From NCBI GenBank assembly GCA_028873375.1, contig JAGWKU010000002.1, forward strand, positions 1 to 48,934: a DNA stretch of 48,934 nt, written 5' to 3'. Under the pieces are notes generated by a model that worked only from the letters and a program-made list of their open reading frames with translations, was not told the origin of the DNA and did no database searches. How positions within the stretch are numbered: position 1 is the first letter of the stretch; the number at the start of each line of letters is the position of its first letter. The stretch is from Verrucomicrobiota bacterium (GTDB lineage Bacteria > Chlamydiota > Chlamydiia > Chlamydiales > SM23-39). The position numbers and the translations under genes are program-made. Below are positions 9,246-19,062 of this stretch, in pieces.

Positions 9246-9274
9246 TTGCTTCTTTTGTCAAAATCCGATATAAT
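9246..9274 (+). promoter_or_regulatory. candidate sigma-70/66-type promoter of rpsO
   Basis: TTGCTT, a 17-nt spacer, then TATAAT, lying 60 nt upstream of the rpsO ATG in a divergent intergenic region. Confidence 0.4.
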
Positions 9275-9333
9275 TTTGGGTAGTTTATGTCACAAACCCT
9301 TAACTCAACCTCATAATCGGAGTACTTCCTCTC

Positions 9334-9603
9334 ATGTCTCTAGATAAAGGTACCAAGGAAGAAATAACTAAAAAGTTTCAGTTACACGAAAAAGACACCG
9401 GCTCAGCCGACGTTCAAATCGCAATTTTAACTGAAAGAATCGCTGAACTTACCGAGCATTTGAAGCTCGCGCCCAAGGATCATAGCTCCCGCCTAGCTCT
9501 TTTAAAGCTCGTCGGACAGCGAAGAAAATTGCTCGATTATCTCAACTCGACAGACACGAAGCGTTATCAAAACCTCATCGTCCGTCTCAATCTTAGAAAA
9601 TAA
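9334..9603 (+). CDS. rpsO: 30S ribosomal protein S15
   Basis: 89 aa with the S15 signature ([22 protein letters not shown]...[23 protein letters not shown]). Confidence 0.96.
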   Translation: MSLDKGTKEEITKKFQLHEKDTGSADVQIAILTERIAELTEHLKLAPKDHSSRLALLKLVGQRRKLLDYLNSTDTKRYQNLIVRLNLRK

Positions 9604-9607
9604 CTTC

Positions 9608-9628
9608 GAGCGGGCTTTCAGCCCGCTC
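9608..9628 (+). terminator. rpsO-pnp intercistronic hairpin (attenuator/processing stem)
   Basis: GAGCGGGC-TTTCA-GCCCGCTC lies 5 nt after the rpsO stop, with only TT following. This resembles the known E. coli rpsO terminator / pnp leader arrangement. Confidence 0.45.
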
Positions 9629-9746
9629 TTCAGGAACATCCGTTGAAGATAGAGAACAGAAACGAATTTTGGAAGAAACACTTCAAAGGTTCTTTTCTGA
9701 TTTCTATTTCAGCGGGTTTTCCATTTACACTTAGGAGAAAACCCTC

Positions 9747-11846
9747 ATGTTCAAAACAGACACTATTTCCATTCCTGTCGGTGATAAAACGCTTGTTTTA
9801 GAAACCGGCAAAATCGCTCGCCAAGCAAACGGAGCTGTTATGCTCTCTTGCGGCGAAACGATGATTCTCGCTACCGCCTGCGCATCGCCGAATGCCAGCC
9901 CAGACATCGACTTCCTCCCCTTACGAGTCGACTACCAAGAAAAGTATTCCTCTGTCGGCCGTACGGCGAGCGGCTTCCTTAAACGAGAAGGTCGTCCCTC
10001 CGAGCGCGAAATCTTGGCCTCCCGCCTCATCGACCGTCCCATTCGCCCGATGTTCGAAGACGGCTACTACCACGAAGTTCAAGTCCTCTCCTACGTCCTT
10101 TCATACGACGGAAAGAATACGTCCGATGTCCTGGCGATTTGCGCCTCTTCCGCCGCCTTGACAATTTCCGATATTCCTCTCATCAAGCCGATTGGCGCAG
10201 TGCGCGTCGGAATGATCGACGGAAGATTTGTCCTCAATCCCAGCAAAGAAGAGATGAAGACCTCGAAGCTCGACCTCATTCTCGCAGGAACTGAAGACGC
10301 TGTCTTGATGATTGAGGGGTTCTGCGACTTCTTGACCGAAGAACAAGTGCTCGATGCCATTGAAACCGGTCATAAAGCAATCGCCATTATCTGCCGCCAC
10401 CTCGCTGATTGGGCCGAAAAGATCGGCAAGCCAAAAAAACAAGGCGTCTTGCGAAAAATTCCTACGGAAGTCAACAACGCCGTTCACGCAGCAGTCAATA
10501 CGCTGCTCGAGTCGGCCCTCCGCATCAAGTCGAAGCAAGAACGAGAAAAGACGATCGCCGAAATCAAAGAGACGATGCTCAAAACCCTCCTCTGCGAAGG
10601 GGCTACTCTTTCAAAAGTCGACATTCTTCTCTCTTTCAAAAACCTCCAGTCCTCGCTGATGCGCAAAATGGTCCTCGAAGAAAAACGACGCATTGATGGA
10701 CGCGATCTCAAGGAAATCCGCCCGATTGCTATCGAGCAAGCGATCTTGCCCCGCACACACGGCAGCTCGCTCTTTACCCGAGGCGAAACTCAATCGATCG
10801 CAGTTGCTACACTCGGCGGAGAAAATACTGCGCAACGATTTGAAGACTTGCACGGAGAGGGCAACCAAAAGTTCTATCTCCAATACTTCTTCCCTCCCTT
10901 TTCGGTCGGCGAAGTAGGTCGCATGGGGGCCCCTGGTCGCCGTGAGATCGGCCACGGCAAATTGGCTGAGCGAGCGCTCACCGCTATCCTCCCCTCCGCG
11001 GAAGATTTCCCCTATGTCATCCGCCTCGAGTCCAACATCACCGAATCGAATGGCTCCTCATCAATGGCATCGGTCTGCGGCGGCTGCTTAGCCCTCATGG
11101 ACGCCGGCGTACCGATCAAGCGTCCGGTCGCAGGGATTGCTATGGGCCTCGTCCTCGAAGGAACCCAGTACGTCATCCTTTCCGACATCCTCGGCGCAGA
11201 AGACGCACTTGGCGACATGGACTTTAAAATCACCGGAGACAATAACGGAATTACAGCCTTCCAAATGGATATCAAGGTCGAAGGAATCACCATTGATATC
11301 ATGAGAGCTGCCCTCGCCCAAGCGAAAGAAGGCCTCTTCCACATCCTCCACAAAATGCTCGCGGTTTGCCCCAAACCAAAAGCAGAGATGTCGATGTATG
11401 CGCCTCGCATTGAGACGATGCAAATTAAACCGAGCAAAATTGGTACGGTCATTGGACCCGGTGGAAAACAAATCCGCGCCATCATCGAAGAGACGGGCGT
11501 CGAGATCAACATCAACGACGACGGCATTGTCAGCATTGCATCGAGCAATCCAGAAGCGATGGCCAGAGCCAAAGAAATCGTCTTCAACCTCACTGCAGAG
11601 GTAGAGATCGGCAAGACCTACAAAGGTCCTATTGTCTCCATTATGCCGTTCGGTTACTTCGTCGAGATCTACGGGAAAGAAGGTCTTTGCCACATTTCCG
11701 AAATCTCCCATAACCGACTCGCGACAATCCACGACGCTCCATTCAAAGAAGGCGACGTGATCGAAGTGAAGGTATTGGACATCGATGACCGCGGCAAAAT
11801 CCGACTCAGCCACAAGGCCACATTGGAACAAGTCGCACGTAGATAA
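9747..11846 (+). CDS. pnp: polyribonucleotide nucleotidyltransferase (PNPase)
   Basis: 699 aa with two RNase PH domains and C-terminal KH (IGTVIGPGGKQIRAIIEETG) and S1 (GKTYKGPIVSIMPFGYFVEI) domains. Confidence 0.97.
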   Translation: MFKTDTISIPVGDKTLVLETGKIARQANGAVMLSCGETMILATACASPNASPDIDFLPLRVDYQEKYSSVGRTASGFLKREGRPSEREILASRLIDRPIRPMFEDGYYHEVQVLSYVLSYDGKNTSDVLAICASSAALTISDIPLIKPIGAVRVGMIDGRFVLNPSKEEMKTSKLDLILAGTEDAVLMIEGFCDFLTEEQVLDAIETGHKAIAIICRHLADWAEKIGKPKKQGVLRKIPTEVNNAVHAAVNTLLESALRIKSKQEREKTIAEIKETMLKTLLCEGATLSKVDILLSFKNLQSSLMRKMVLEEKRRIDGRDLKEIRPIAIEQAILPRTHGSSLFTRGETQSIAVATLGGENTAQRFEDLHGEGNQKFYLQYFFPPFSVGEVGRMGAPGRREIGHGKLAERALTAILPSAEDFPYVIRLESNITESNGSSSMASVCGGCLALMDAGVPIKRPVAGIAMGLVLEGTQYVILSDILGAEDALGDMDFKITGDNNGITAFQMDIKVEGITIDIMRAALAQAKEGLFHILHKMLAVCPKPKAEMSMYAPRIETMQIKPSKIGTVIGPGGKQIRAIIEETGVEININDDGIVSIASSNPEAMARAKEIVFNLTAEVEIGKTYKGPIVSIMPFGYFVEIYGKEGLCHISEISHNRLATIHDAPFKEGDVIEVKVLDIDDRGKIRLSHKATLEQVARR

Positions 11847-11860
11847 GATAAGAGGGACCC

Positions 11861-13669
11861 ATGGACCGCGTGCTCGCTAGAGAACTGTCCAACTGCATCG
11901 GAAAATCGGTCGTATTACGCGGGTGGCTAAACAACACCCGCGCCTTCGGAAAGCTCACCTTTGTGATCCTCCGAGACCGGAGCGGTTTTGCCCAAGCCGT
12001 CGTCGAAGACAAAGACGAAGCTCGCAAGCTCGACGGGTTACAACCCGGCTCGATCTTGACGATCCACGGCCAAGCAACTGCCTCGAAAGAGGCCCATCTC
12101 GGCGCGGAAATCATCCATCCCCGCATCGAAGTGGAAAACGCTATCCGCGACGTCCCCCCGATCGAGTACTATAAGCCGGAGATCCATTCCGATCTCGACT
12201 TCGTCCTCGACCACCGGCCAATGGCTCTACGCAACCGGCAGCTCGCCGCTGTTTTCAGAATCCAAGCCGAGCTCGCTCACGCCTACCGCCTCTACATGCA
12301 TGACCAAATCAAAGCGACCGAATACTTCGCCCCCAACATCATCGGAGCCTCCTCTGAAGGCGGCGCCGAATTTTTCAACGTCGACTACTTTGGCCATACC
12401 GCTACCCTCGCCCAAAGCAGCCAGCTCTACAAACAAATCATGGTCGGTGCAAATGAACGGGTCTTTGCCCTCATGCCCTTCTTTCGCGCTGAACCCTCCC
12501 ACACCTCGCGTCACCTCTCTGAAGGCAAGCAATTTGAATTTGAGATGGGCTTCTTCAAGCACTGGCACGAAATCCTCGATATTCAAGAAGGCTGCATCAA
12601 ATTCATGATGCAATTCCTCCACAAACATTGCCAAGCGGAACTCGAAACCCTTCAGAACCCACTCATCTCTGCTCCTGTTCACGTCCCCTTTCCTCGTCTC
12701 ACCTTCCAGGAAGCCCAAGAACTTTATTTTAAACGCACTGGAATCGACGAGCGTAGCGAACCCGACCTAAGTCCTGCCGCGGAGCGAGAACTCTGCGCTT
12801 GGGCCTCCCAAACGCACGGAACCGACCTCGTCTTCGTCACCGACTGGAAAACGAGCAAACGCCCCTTCTATTCCTATCCCAAAGACGAAAACCCCTCCCT
12901 GACCAATACCTTTGACCTCCTCTGCGCCGGCACTGAAATCACCTCGGGTGGCCAACGTCGCCACACCTACGAGTCGATGCTCGCAGGAATCCGTCTCAAA
13001 GAGATGGATCCCGCCAATTTCACCGATTACCTAAGCATCTTCAAATACGGCATGCCTCCTCACGGCGGCTTTGGCATGGGGCTTGAGCGACTCACGATGA
13101 CTCTTCTGCGCCTTAAAAACATCCGAGAAGCTTCCCTTTTCCCCTCCGACACCAAGCGGATAGCCGGCAACCGGCTCAAAGCTCACATCTTCTTCGGCGG
13201 TGAAAACATCCGGAACGAGATCATCCGCCTTCTTCACCAAAACAAAATCGACTTCGAGCACAAAACTCACGAACCTACCCCTACCTCCCAAGACTCTGCA
13301 CGTGTCCGCAACATACGGATGGAAGAGGGGATCAAAGCCCTTATTTTGCGCGGTAAATCGACGAAGAAGAATTACCAAATCAACATCCCAGCTCATCTCA
13401 AACTCGACATGAAAGCCGTCCAAGAAGCGGTAGGCGAAAAATGTGAGTTCGAAGATCCCGCCGTTATCCAAGAACGCTTTGGCCTCATCATCGGCGGCGT
13501 TCCCCCCTTCGGCAACCTTCTCAATCTCGATAACTACTTCGATGAGCAAATCCAATTTGAGGAAAGAGCTGCGTTCAATTGCGGCCTTGCCACCGAATCG
13601 ATCCTCATGAAATCGAAAGACCTCCTTGCAATTGCCGAACCCAAATTGGGTCGTTTTGCAAAAATGTAA
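11861..13669 (+). CDS. aspS: archaeal/eukaryal-type aspartyl-tRNA synthetase fused to a C-terminal YbaK/ProX-type aminoacyl-tRNA deacylase domain
   Basis: 602 aa. Residues 1-438 form a class IIb core (FFRAEPSHTSRHLSE, GGQRRH, GFGMGLERL...IREASLFPSD). Residues 439-602 align by eye to YbaK (KIDFEHKTH, IKALIL, GLIIGGVPPFG, AAFNCGLATESI). Confidence 0.88.
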   Translation: MDRVLARELSNCIGKSVVLRGWLNNTRAFGKLTFVILRDRSGFAQAVVEDKDEARKLDGLQPGSILTIHGQATASKEAHLGAEIIHPRIEVENAIRDVPPIEYYKPEIHSDLDFVLDHRPMALRNRQLAAVFRIQAELAHAYRLYMHDQIKATEYFAPNIIGASSEGGAEFFNVDYFGHTATLAQSSQLYKQIMVGANERVFALMPFFRAEPSHTSRHLSEGKQFEFEMGFFKHWHEILDIQEGCIKFMMQFLHKHCQAELETLQNPLISAPVHVPFPRLTFQEAQELYFKRTGIDERSEPDLSPAAERELCAWASQTHGTDLVFVTDWKTSKRPFYSYPKDENPSLTNTFDLLCAGTEITSGGQRRHTYESMLAGIRLKEMDPANFTDYLSIFKYGMPPHGGFGMGLERLTMTLLRLKNIREASLFPSDTKRIAGNRLKAHIFFGGENIRNEIIRLLHQNKIDFEHKTHEPTPTSQDSARVRNIRMEEGIKALILRGKSTKKNYQINIPAHLKLDMKAVQEAVGEKCEFEDPAVIQERFGLIIGGVPPFGNLLNLDNYFDEQIQFEERAAFNCGLATESILMKSKDLLAIAEPKLGRFAKM

Positions 13670-13693
13670 TCATTGAGTATACTTCCTGCTCTT

Positions 13694-13713
13694 TATACAC
13701 AACGTTGTGTATA
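13694..13713. promoter_or_regulatory. perfect 20-bp palindrome (candidate operator or loopless hairpin)
   Basis: TATACACAAC|GTTGTGTATA lies 25 nt after the aspS stop and ends 5 nt before the AGGAGG SD of 13729..14586. Confidence 0.35.
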
Positions 13714-13728
13714 ACATCAGGAGGTGTC

Positions 13729-14586
13729 ATGGCTACACAAGTAAGTTCCAAGGAATCTTTTTGCTCCATTCTCCCTGAACAGGGAACAACCATCTTCGAT
13801 TTCAATGAAGAAGATCTCAAAAATCGCGGCATCTCAAAAGAACGTTGCCTAGCCCATTATAACACGCTGCTCGATCAAAACGTTTCTTGCACGGTGATCG
13901 GAGCATCCCTTCAACAACTGGTCAACCTCTCTCGCGACGCAGCGAAGAAAGGGCTGTATCGCGAGGGACAATTTAACACGTTTGGTCAACTTGACGTTTC
14001 ATGTCCTTCTCCCCTCTCTACTGGTCATTTAGTTACAGGCACGTGCCCCATGGATCCAAACTGCCGCCTTGAGCCACACAGTTTTGTCACGTTCCGTGAT
14101 AACAAGGACCAAATCACCCTTTCCCTCAAACAGATCCATTTGATTCGCATGCATGGCATCTTTCCAGAGAAAAATCCCTACTACCAACAAGGAGAAACAG
14201 ATCCTGACCGCCTTTGCAATCTCTTGCATTTAACCCCCCGACACTCCGTCCACACAACAAAGGCTTGGAGGTATCGCGACCTCTTCATGCTGGGAGATGA
14301 CAAAGAATCGGCCGATGAAGAGGAAATTCAAAAATATGCGCATCAACTCATTGCAATCGATCAGTTTGCTAGAGCCTACTTAGGCGTTCCCTTCAAAGGG
14401 CCACAAGCTCCCAAAATATTTGAAAAAGGAGAATCTTATTGCTATCTGTTCAACCAGGAGCGACGAGACTTACAGAAAAATCCCATTCGAAACCTGGATG
14501 GTATTCCACTTGAAGACCCTGTTTGGGCACAAGGAGCCCACGTTTTTGAATTAGTGGATCGTCCTCTTGTTATCAAAAGAGAATAA
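13729..14586 (+). CDS. hypothetical protein with Cys/His 'IHxIRxHGxF' domain (paralogue of 32594..33274)
   Basis: 285 aa from ATG 13729, preceded by AGGAGG at 13719-13724. The track ORF start at 13579 overlaps aspS. The shared domain covers residues ~88-168. Confidence 0.7.
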   Translation: MATQVSSKESFCSILPEQGTTIFDFNEEDLKNRGISKERCLAHYNTLLDQNVSCTVIGASLQQLVNLSRDAAKKGLYREGQFNTFGQLDVSCPSPLSTGHLVTGTCPMDPNCRLEPHSFVTFRDNKDQITLSLKQIHLIRMHGIFPEKNPYYQQGETDPDRLCNLLHLTPRHSVHTTKAWRYRDLFMLGDDKESADEEEIQKYAHQLIAIDQFARAYLGVPFKGPQAPKIFEKGESYCYLFNQERRDLQKNPIRNLDGIPLEDPVWAQGAHVFELVDRPLVIKRE

Positions 14587-14610
14587 AAAAGAGGGGGGCA
14601 GCCCCCTCTT
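14583..14610. terminator. hairpin terminator between convergent genes
   Basis: AAGAGGGGG-GCAG-CCCCCTCTT (9-bp stem). An A-run on the left gives a T-run for the minus-strand (hsp20) transcript. Confidence 0.6.
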
Positions 14611-14613
14611 CAA

Positions 14614-15060
14614 TTATTGAATCGCGATTTTTTGTGGACGAGCCGATTTGCTCTTGAGGAATTTGACTCGCAAGATACCATCTTTATAAGAAGCTTCTGG
14701 CGAGACTTGCTCATCGATCCGAGTAGGAATCGGAATGTGATAGACATATTGGCGAGAAGCTTTGAGGTGATATTTCACCCTCTTCTTCTCTTCCACCTTT
14801 TCTTCCTCTTCCTCCGCTTTCACCAAGAGAAATCCTTTTTCATAGGTGATTTGGATATTCTCTTTGTTGACGCCGAGAACAGGTGCTTCGACCGTTACAG
14901 CATCTTCGCTTTCTGCGATTGTAACTCCTGTTTGAACCACTGATTCGCTTTTTGTAGGAACGGTCCACTGTTTTAAGAACCGAATAAAGCTATCATCTGT
15001 TTCTTCAACAAAACTTGGCAGACACAATCTATTCATAATTTCCTCCAATTTGTACTGCAT
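14614..15060 (-). CDS. small heat-shock protein (Hsp20/alpha-crystallin family)
   Basis: 148 aa with an alpha-crystallin domain pattern (VEAPVLGVNKENIQITYEKGFLLVKAE...PEASYKDGILRVKFLK). A CIRCE operator lies upstream. Confidence 0.85.
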   Translation of the reverse strand: MQYKLEEIMNRLCLPSFVEETDDSFIRFLKQWTVPTKSESVVQTGVTIAESEDAVTVEAPVLGVNKENIQITYEKGFLLVKAEEEEEKVEEKKRVKYHLKASRQYVYHIPIPTRIDEQVSPEASYKDGILRVKFLKSKSARPQKIAIQ

Positions 15061-15102
15061 TACAAATCTACTTTGGAGTGTACAAAAGAGAAGGGATTTT
15101 TG

Positions 15103-15131
15103 TCTAGCACTCCAGGATTAAGAGTGCTAGA
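15103..15131. promoter_or_regulatory. CIRCE (HrcA operator) upstream of hsp20
   Basis: tCTAGCACTC-CAGGATTAA-GAGTGCTAGa against the consensus TTAGCACTC-N9-GAGTGCTAA. The arms are perfectly complementary. It lies 43 nt upstream of the hsp20 ATG. Confidence 0.7.
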
Positions 15132-15153
15132 AACAGATCTTGTTTCCTGAGAA

Positions 15154-17907
15154 TCAGGGACTTCCTAATCCAGGTTGCATTCCAGGTTCTGTGCCTGGAT
15201 TGATGGGAGGTTCGACCACAGGAAGAGCCGGTGCTGGTGGAGGAAGTTTGCGTTGGAGCTCATCCGCTGTTTTTAGGCGAGCGCGCTTGACCTCTGCATT
15301 CCACGAGTCTTCCATGATCTCTTTGACGTCGGTAGAATCGAGCGTTTCGAATTCCATGAGCATGTCGGCCATGAGTTGTACTTTGTCTCGGTTCTCTTCC
15401 AAGATGGTAAGCGCCCGTTTGTGCGCTTCATCGATCAGCTTCTTGACCTCTTGGTCGATTTGCTGCGCCGTCTCGTTGGAGTAGCTTTTCTCATGGTAAT
15501 TGGCCATGCCGAGATATTGTCCTGCATCAGTTCGCTCGTCGTAGGTAACGGTGCCGAGTTCATCGCTCATGCCCCATTCACAAACCATGCTGCGGGCAAT
15601 TTTTGTCGCTTGTAAAATATCGTGTTGCGCTCCAGAGGACATGTCTTGGACAAAAATCTCTTCTGCAGCTCGGCCGCCCATGAGGACGACGAGTTGGTCG
15701 AGCACTTCTTTACGCCAGTAACTCAGGCGGTTTTTCTTCGGCATAAAGTGGGTCGCACCGAGAGAAAAGCCGCGAGGAATAATGGTCACTTTATCGACCG
15801 GATCACTATGCTTCACGATGAGGCTGGCAATGGCGTGGCCCGATTCGTGGAAAGCGGTTGTTCGTTTCTCATTTTCATCCATTTCAAGGCTGCGCCGCTC
15901 TTTGCCGAAGCGCACCTTATCTGCTGCTTCTTTCACTTCGACCGAAGTGACCGCTGATCTCCCCTTGCGAGCAGCTAGAAGAGCTGCTTCATTCAATATA
16001 TTCTCCAGGTCAGCGCCAGAAGCTCCAGGCGTGCTGCGTGCGATGTCATTGAGATCAACCGAAGTGTCGATCTTGATTCGTCTCGCATGAACTTTCAAAA
16101 TTTCAAAACGTCCTTTTACGTCTGGTAGGTCGAGAACAACTCGTCGGTCAAAACGGCCGGGTCGAAGCAGTGCTCGGTCGAGGATGTCTGGACGGTTGGT
16201 TGCGGCCATCAAGATGACCCCTTCCTTCGTATCAAAACCATCCATTTCGACGAGGAGCTGATTCAATGTCTGTTCCCGCTCATCATGTCCGCCACCGATG
16301 CCAGCGCCGCGATGGCGACCCACTGCATCGATCTCGTCCATGAAAATAATGCAAGGAGCGCTTTTCTTCGCTTGGTCAAACATATCGCGGATGCGGCTTG
16401 CGCCTACACCGACAAACATCTCGACGAAATCAGATCCCGAAATCGAGAAGAAGGGGCGATCAGCTTCGCCAGCCACTGCTTTAGCGATCAAGGTTTTGCC
16501 CGTTCCTGGTGGTCCTACGAGGAGAACCCCTTTCGGGATACGCGCGCCTAGCGCAGTAAATTTCTGAGGATCTTTCAGGAAGTCGACGATCTCTTTCAAT
16601 TCTTCTTTCGCTTCATCGGCTCCGGCGACATCTTTAAATGTCACCTTGTTTTGCTCTTTCGTCATCAATTTAGCTGGAGACTTACCAAAGTTCATCGCTG
16701 AAGAACCAACGCCTTTCATTTGGCGAGAGAAGATGAAATAAAGGAACAAGATTACCATCAACACAGGCAAGATGGTGAAGATGTAGCTGAAGTAATTAGG
16801 AGAAGGCTCCTGACTCTTAAATGTCTTTTCCAACACCGTATTGCGAGGCTGATCGGGAGCGCGGTAAACGAGGTTCTTATTTCCATCGAAGCTACCCCAC
16901 TCTTGCTTTGCTTGCGCAAACCAGTGGGTATAAACTTCAGGGTCTTGTTTTTCGAGTGCTCTCGTAGAAAGCTCCTGGTTGTTGAAATACCAAATGACCT
17001 GAGCTACTTTTTGACGCGCTTTATCGAGGACTGCCCCGTTCTTTTCGAGATCGGCCACCACTTGGTTGTACTGTTGCAGCTCTTCGACATAAGCTCGCAC
17101 GCTGCGCAACTGCGCCAAGCGAACGCCCTCTTGCTGACGGCCGAGATCGGCGATCAGAGAGGCCACTTGCCGAAGGGCATTGCGATACAACTTCAATTGA
17201 TATTCGAGAGAAGCTTCGGTTGCTTGTTGGAGTTGTCCATCGAGCGCTTTCAATTCTTGCTTGATCGATTCGGTGCCAATGCCGAGTGCAGGCGAACGGA
17301 GAAGAGCAATCAAATTACGCGCCTCTTTACCCACTTCTTCCACACTTTCCATTGTTTGGCTCTGTTGAGCCAGCGAGAAGAGGCGATAGACATAGGGCAT
17401 GCTTGCGACCTGGCGGTCTGACAAGGAGCGAACCACAACGGCGCTTTCTCGATCGGGCGTATTATACAGCGTCCCTACGACGACATACCCGCTTGTCGGA
17501 ATAGCTTGCCCGCTTACATGGAGGTAAAGGTCGGCCGCATCCTGGACATTTTTCTGTAGCCCGGTCAGCTCGGTAGCTAGGCGGAGCGACTCAGCTTCTA
17601 GCTCATGATTTCGGTTGAGTAATTCAAGGTAGCGGTAGCGATCGGTGCCCTCTTCTGGAAGTCCCTCGCGGAACTTACCACTAAAGGTGACTAAGTTATC
17701 ATTTTGGGCAATTTTCCGATTGTCTTCGGGAACGATCAAATTGAGGTTGGTCAGATGCTCTAATTGGTGAGAAAAGGAGACTTTGGCTGGACGGTCGGAA
17801 GTAAACGTCTGCACGCCTAAAACGATCAGCACAGCAGCGAGCAAAAAGAGGAGGAAACCTCCAGGGAAACTTTTTCGTGGATCAGGTCTCATTTTTTTAT
17901 CTGCCAT
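15154..17907 (-). CDS. ftsH: ATP-dependent zinc metalloprotease FtsH with enlarged periplasmic domain
   Basis: ATG at 17907 (MADKKMRPD...); the track start at 17955 is GTG. Walker A GPPGTGKT and the Zn motif HESGHA are present. A ~330-aa insert lies between TM1 and TM2, and the C-tail is Pro-rich ([17 protein letters not shown]). Confidence 0.95.
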   Translation of the reverse strand: MADKKMRPDPRKSFPGGFLLFLLAAVLIVLGVQTFTSDRPAKVSFSHQLEHLTNLNLIVPEDNRKIAQNDNLVTFSGKFREGLPEEGTDRYRYLELLNRNHELEAESLRLATELTGLQKNVQDAADLYLHVSGQAIPTSGYVVVGTLYNTPDRESAVVVRSLSDRQVASMPYVYRLFSLAQQSQTMESVEEVGKEARNLIALLRSPALGIGTESIKQELKALDGQLQQATEASLEYQLKLYRNALRQVASLIADLGRQQEGVRLAQLRSVRAYVEELQQYNQVVADLEKNGAVLDKARQKVAQVIWYFNNQELSTRALEKQDPEVYTHWFAQAKQEWGSFDGNKNLVYRAPDQPRNTVLEKTFKSQEPSPNYFSYIFTILPVLMVILFLYFIFSRQMKGVGSSAMNFGKSPAKLMTKEQNKVTFKDVAGADEAKEELKEIVDFLKDPQKFTALGARIPKGVLLVGPPGTGKTLIAKAVAGEADRPFFSISGSDFVEMFVGVGASRIRDMFDQAKKSAPCIIFMDEIDAVGRHRGAGIGGGHDEREQTLNQLLVEMDGFDTKEGVILMAATNRPDILDRALLRPGRFDRRVVLDLPDVKGRFEILKVHARRIKIDTSVDLNDIARSTPGASGADLENILNEAALLAARKGRSAVTSVEVKEAADKVRFGKERRSLEMDENEKRTTAFHESGHAIASLIVKHSDPVDKVTIIPRGFSLGATHFMPKKNRLSYWRKEVLDQLVVLMGGRAAEEIFVQDMSSGAQHDILQATKIARSMVCEWGMSDELGTVTYDERTDAGQYLGMANYHEKSYSNETAQQIDQEVKKLIDEAHKRALTILEENRDKVQLMADMLMEFETLDSTDVKEIMEDSWNAEVKRARLKTADELQRKLPPPAPALPVVEPPINPGTEPGMQPGLGSP

Positions 17908-18042
17908 ATTTGAAAAGTGAGTATCTATAACGGGTCCATTAAACCACTGGAACACGTTAAAGTAAAGGAGAAGCTCGCCCCTGCGAGACCCCCTAGAAAG
18001 GTCCTCATAACAAAAAAAGATTAAATTGTCTCAACTGGAACT

Positions 18043-19062
18043 TTAAAATTCCAGCAATTCTTTCATATTCAATTTTTTACGTTCATCAAAAATCAGAGCT
18101 ACCCACCCTCTTCCCACCAAGAAAGTACGCCCCCCTGCTCGAAAGCGCCTCTGAGGAGCCTTCTCTAAGGCTGATTCGACAATCGGCTCGAGCAGAGTCC
18201 TCGGCAATCGAATCCCCCCCTCTCGGCCCAGCCTTTGCACCAAATGGCGAGCCTCTACCTTTTCCAGCCCCTCCAACTGAACAGCCACTCCCCACGGCCC
18301 CTGAACCCGGCGCCCCCACACACCCTCCATCTTCCGATCGAGGTACTCCTGCAACTCAAACGCCCGCTCCGAAAGAAGGGAGAGATTTTCAACGATTTCC
18401 TTACCAAACGTCTTCGTCAGCAGCGGAATCGCCTCTTGTCGCAATCGGGTTCGCAAAAAACGGACATCTTCATTTGACGGATCGATCAGCGGCGGTAGCT
18501 CCCGTTCTCGCAGAAACTCTACCACCTCTCGCTTGCGCACCCCCAACAGCGGGCGCCATACCGACATCCCCTCTAACTCAGTCACCGGGGCCAGCCCTCC
18601 TATATAAGCGAGGTGAGCTCCTTCTAGAACCCGTTTCAATGCCGTCTCGGCCCGATCATCGGCCTGGTGTGCGAGCAGCAATGCCTGAAAAGGAATTTGA
18701 TCGAATAACGAGCGGAAAAATTTCAGTCGCCCCTCTCTCCCCGCCTCTTCCCAATTTTTCTCAGGCTTCTTCTTAAGCGGCACGGAATGAAACGGCACCC
18801 CTAATCTCTTTGCCTCTTCGCCCAATGCGAGCGCTTCACTTGCACTCTCTTCGCGCCATCCGTGATCCACATGAGCCAAATGAAGTGGCAGCCCCTCTAT
18901 CTCCCTCAGCGCATAGAGAAGCGCTTTCGAATCGGGGCCTCCCGAATAGCCGAGCAAAAGAGGCCGTTTTCGATCCCATTGCTTCTCGATAAAGTGCTTC
19001 ACCCTTTTCAAAAGATCCACTACACTTGCCTCTGATGATCCCGATTCTTTGGCGCTACGCAA
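18043..19062 (-). CDS. tilS: tRNA(Ile)-lysidine synthase TilS
   Basis: PP-loop LLLGYSGGPDSKAL. The start is uncertain: 19062 is TTG and would overlap divergent lptF, and an in-frame GTG at 19020 is an alternative. Confidence 0.85.
   Translation of the reverse strand: MRSAKESGSSEASVVDLLKRVKHFIEKQWDRKRPLLLGYSGGPDSKALLYALREIEGLPLHLAHVDHGWREESASEALALGEEAKRLGVPFHSVPLKKKPEKNWEEAGREGRLKFFRSLFDQIPFQALLLAHQADDRAETALKRVLEGAHLAYIGGLAPVTELEGMSVWRPLLGVRKREVVEFLRERELPPLIDPSNEDVRFLRTRLRQEAIPLLTKTFGKEIVENLSLLSERAFELQEYLDRKMEGVWGRRVQGPWGVAVQLEGLEKVEARHLVQRLGREGGIRLPRTLLEPIVESALEKAPQRRFRAGGRTFLVGRGWVALIFDERKKLNMKELLEF

Noticed and set aside
13579-13728. Upstream extension of ORF 13579..14586 overlapping the aspS 3' end.
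   Set aside because: The ATG at 13729 has a consensus AGGAGG SD. The extension overlaps the conserved YbaK-like domain in another frame.
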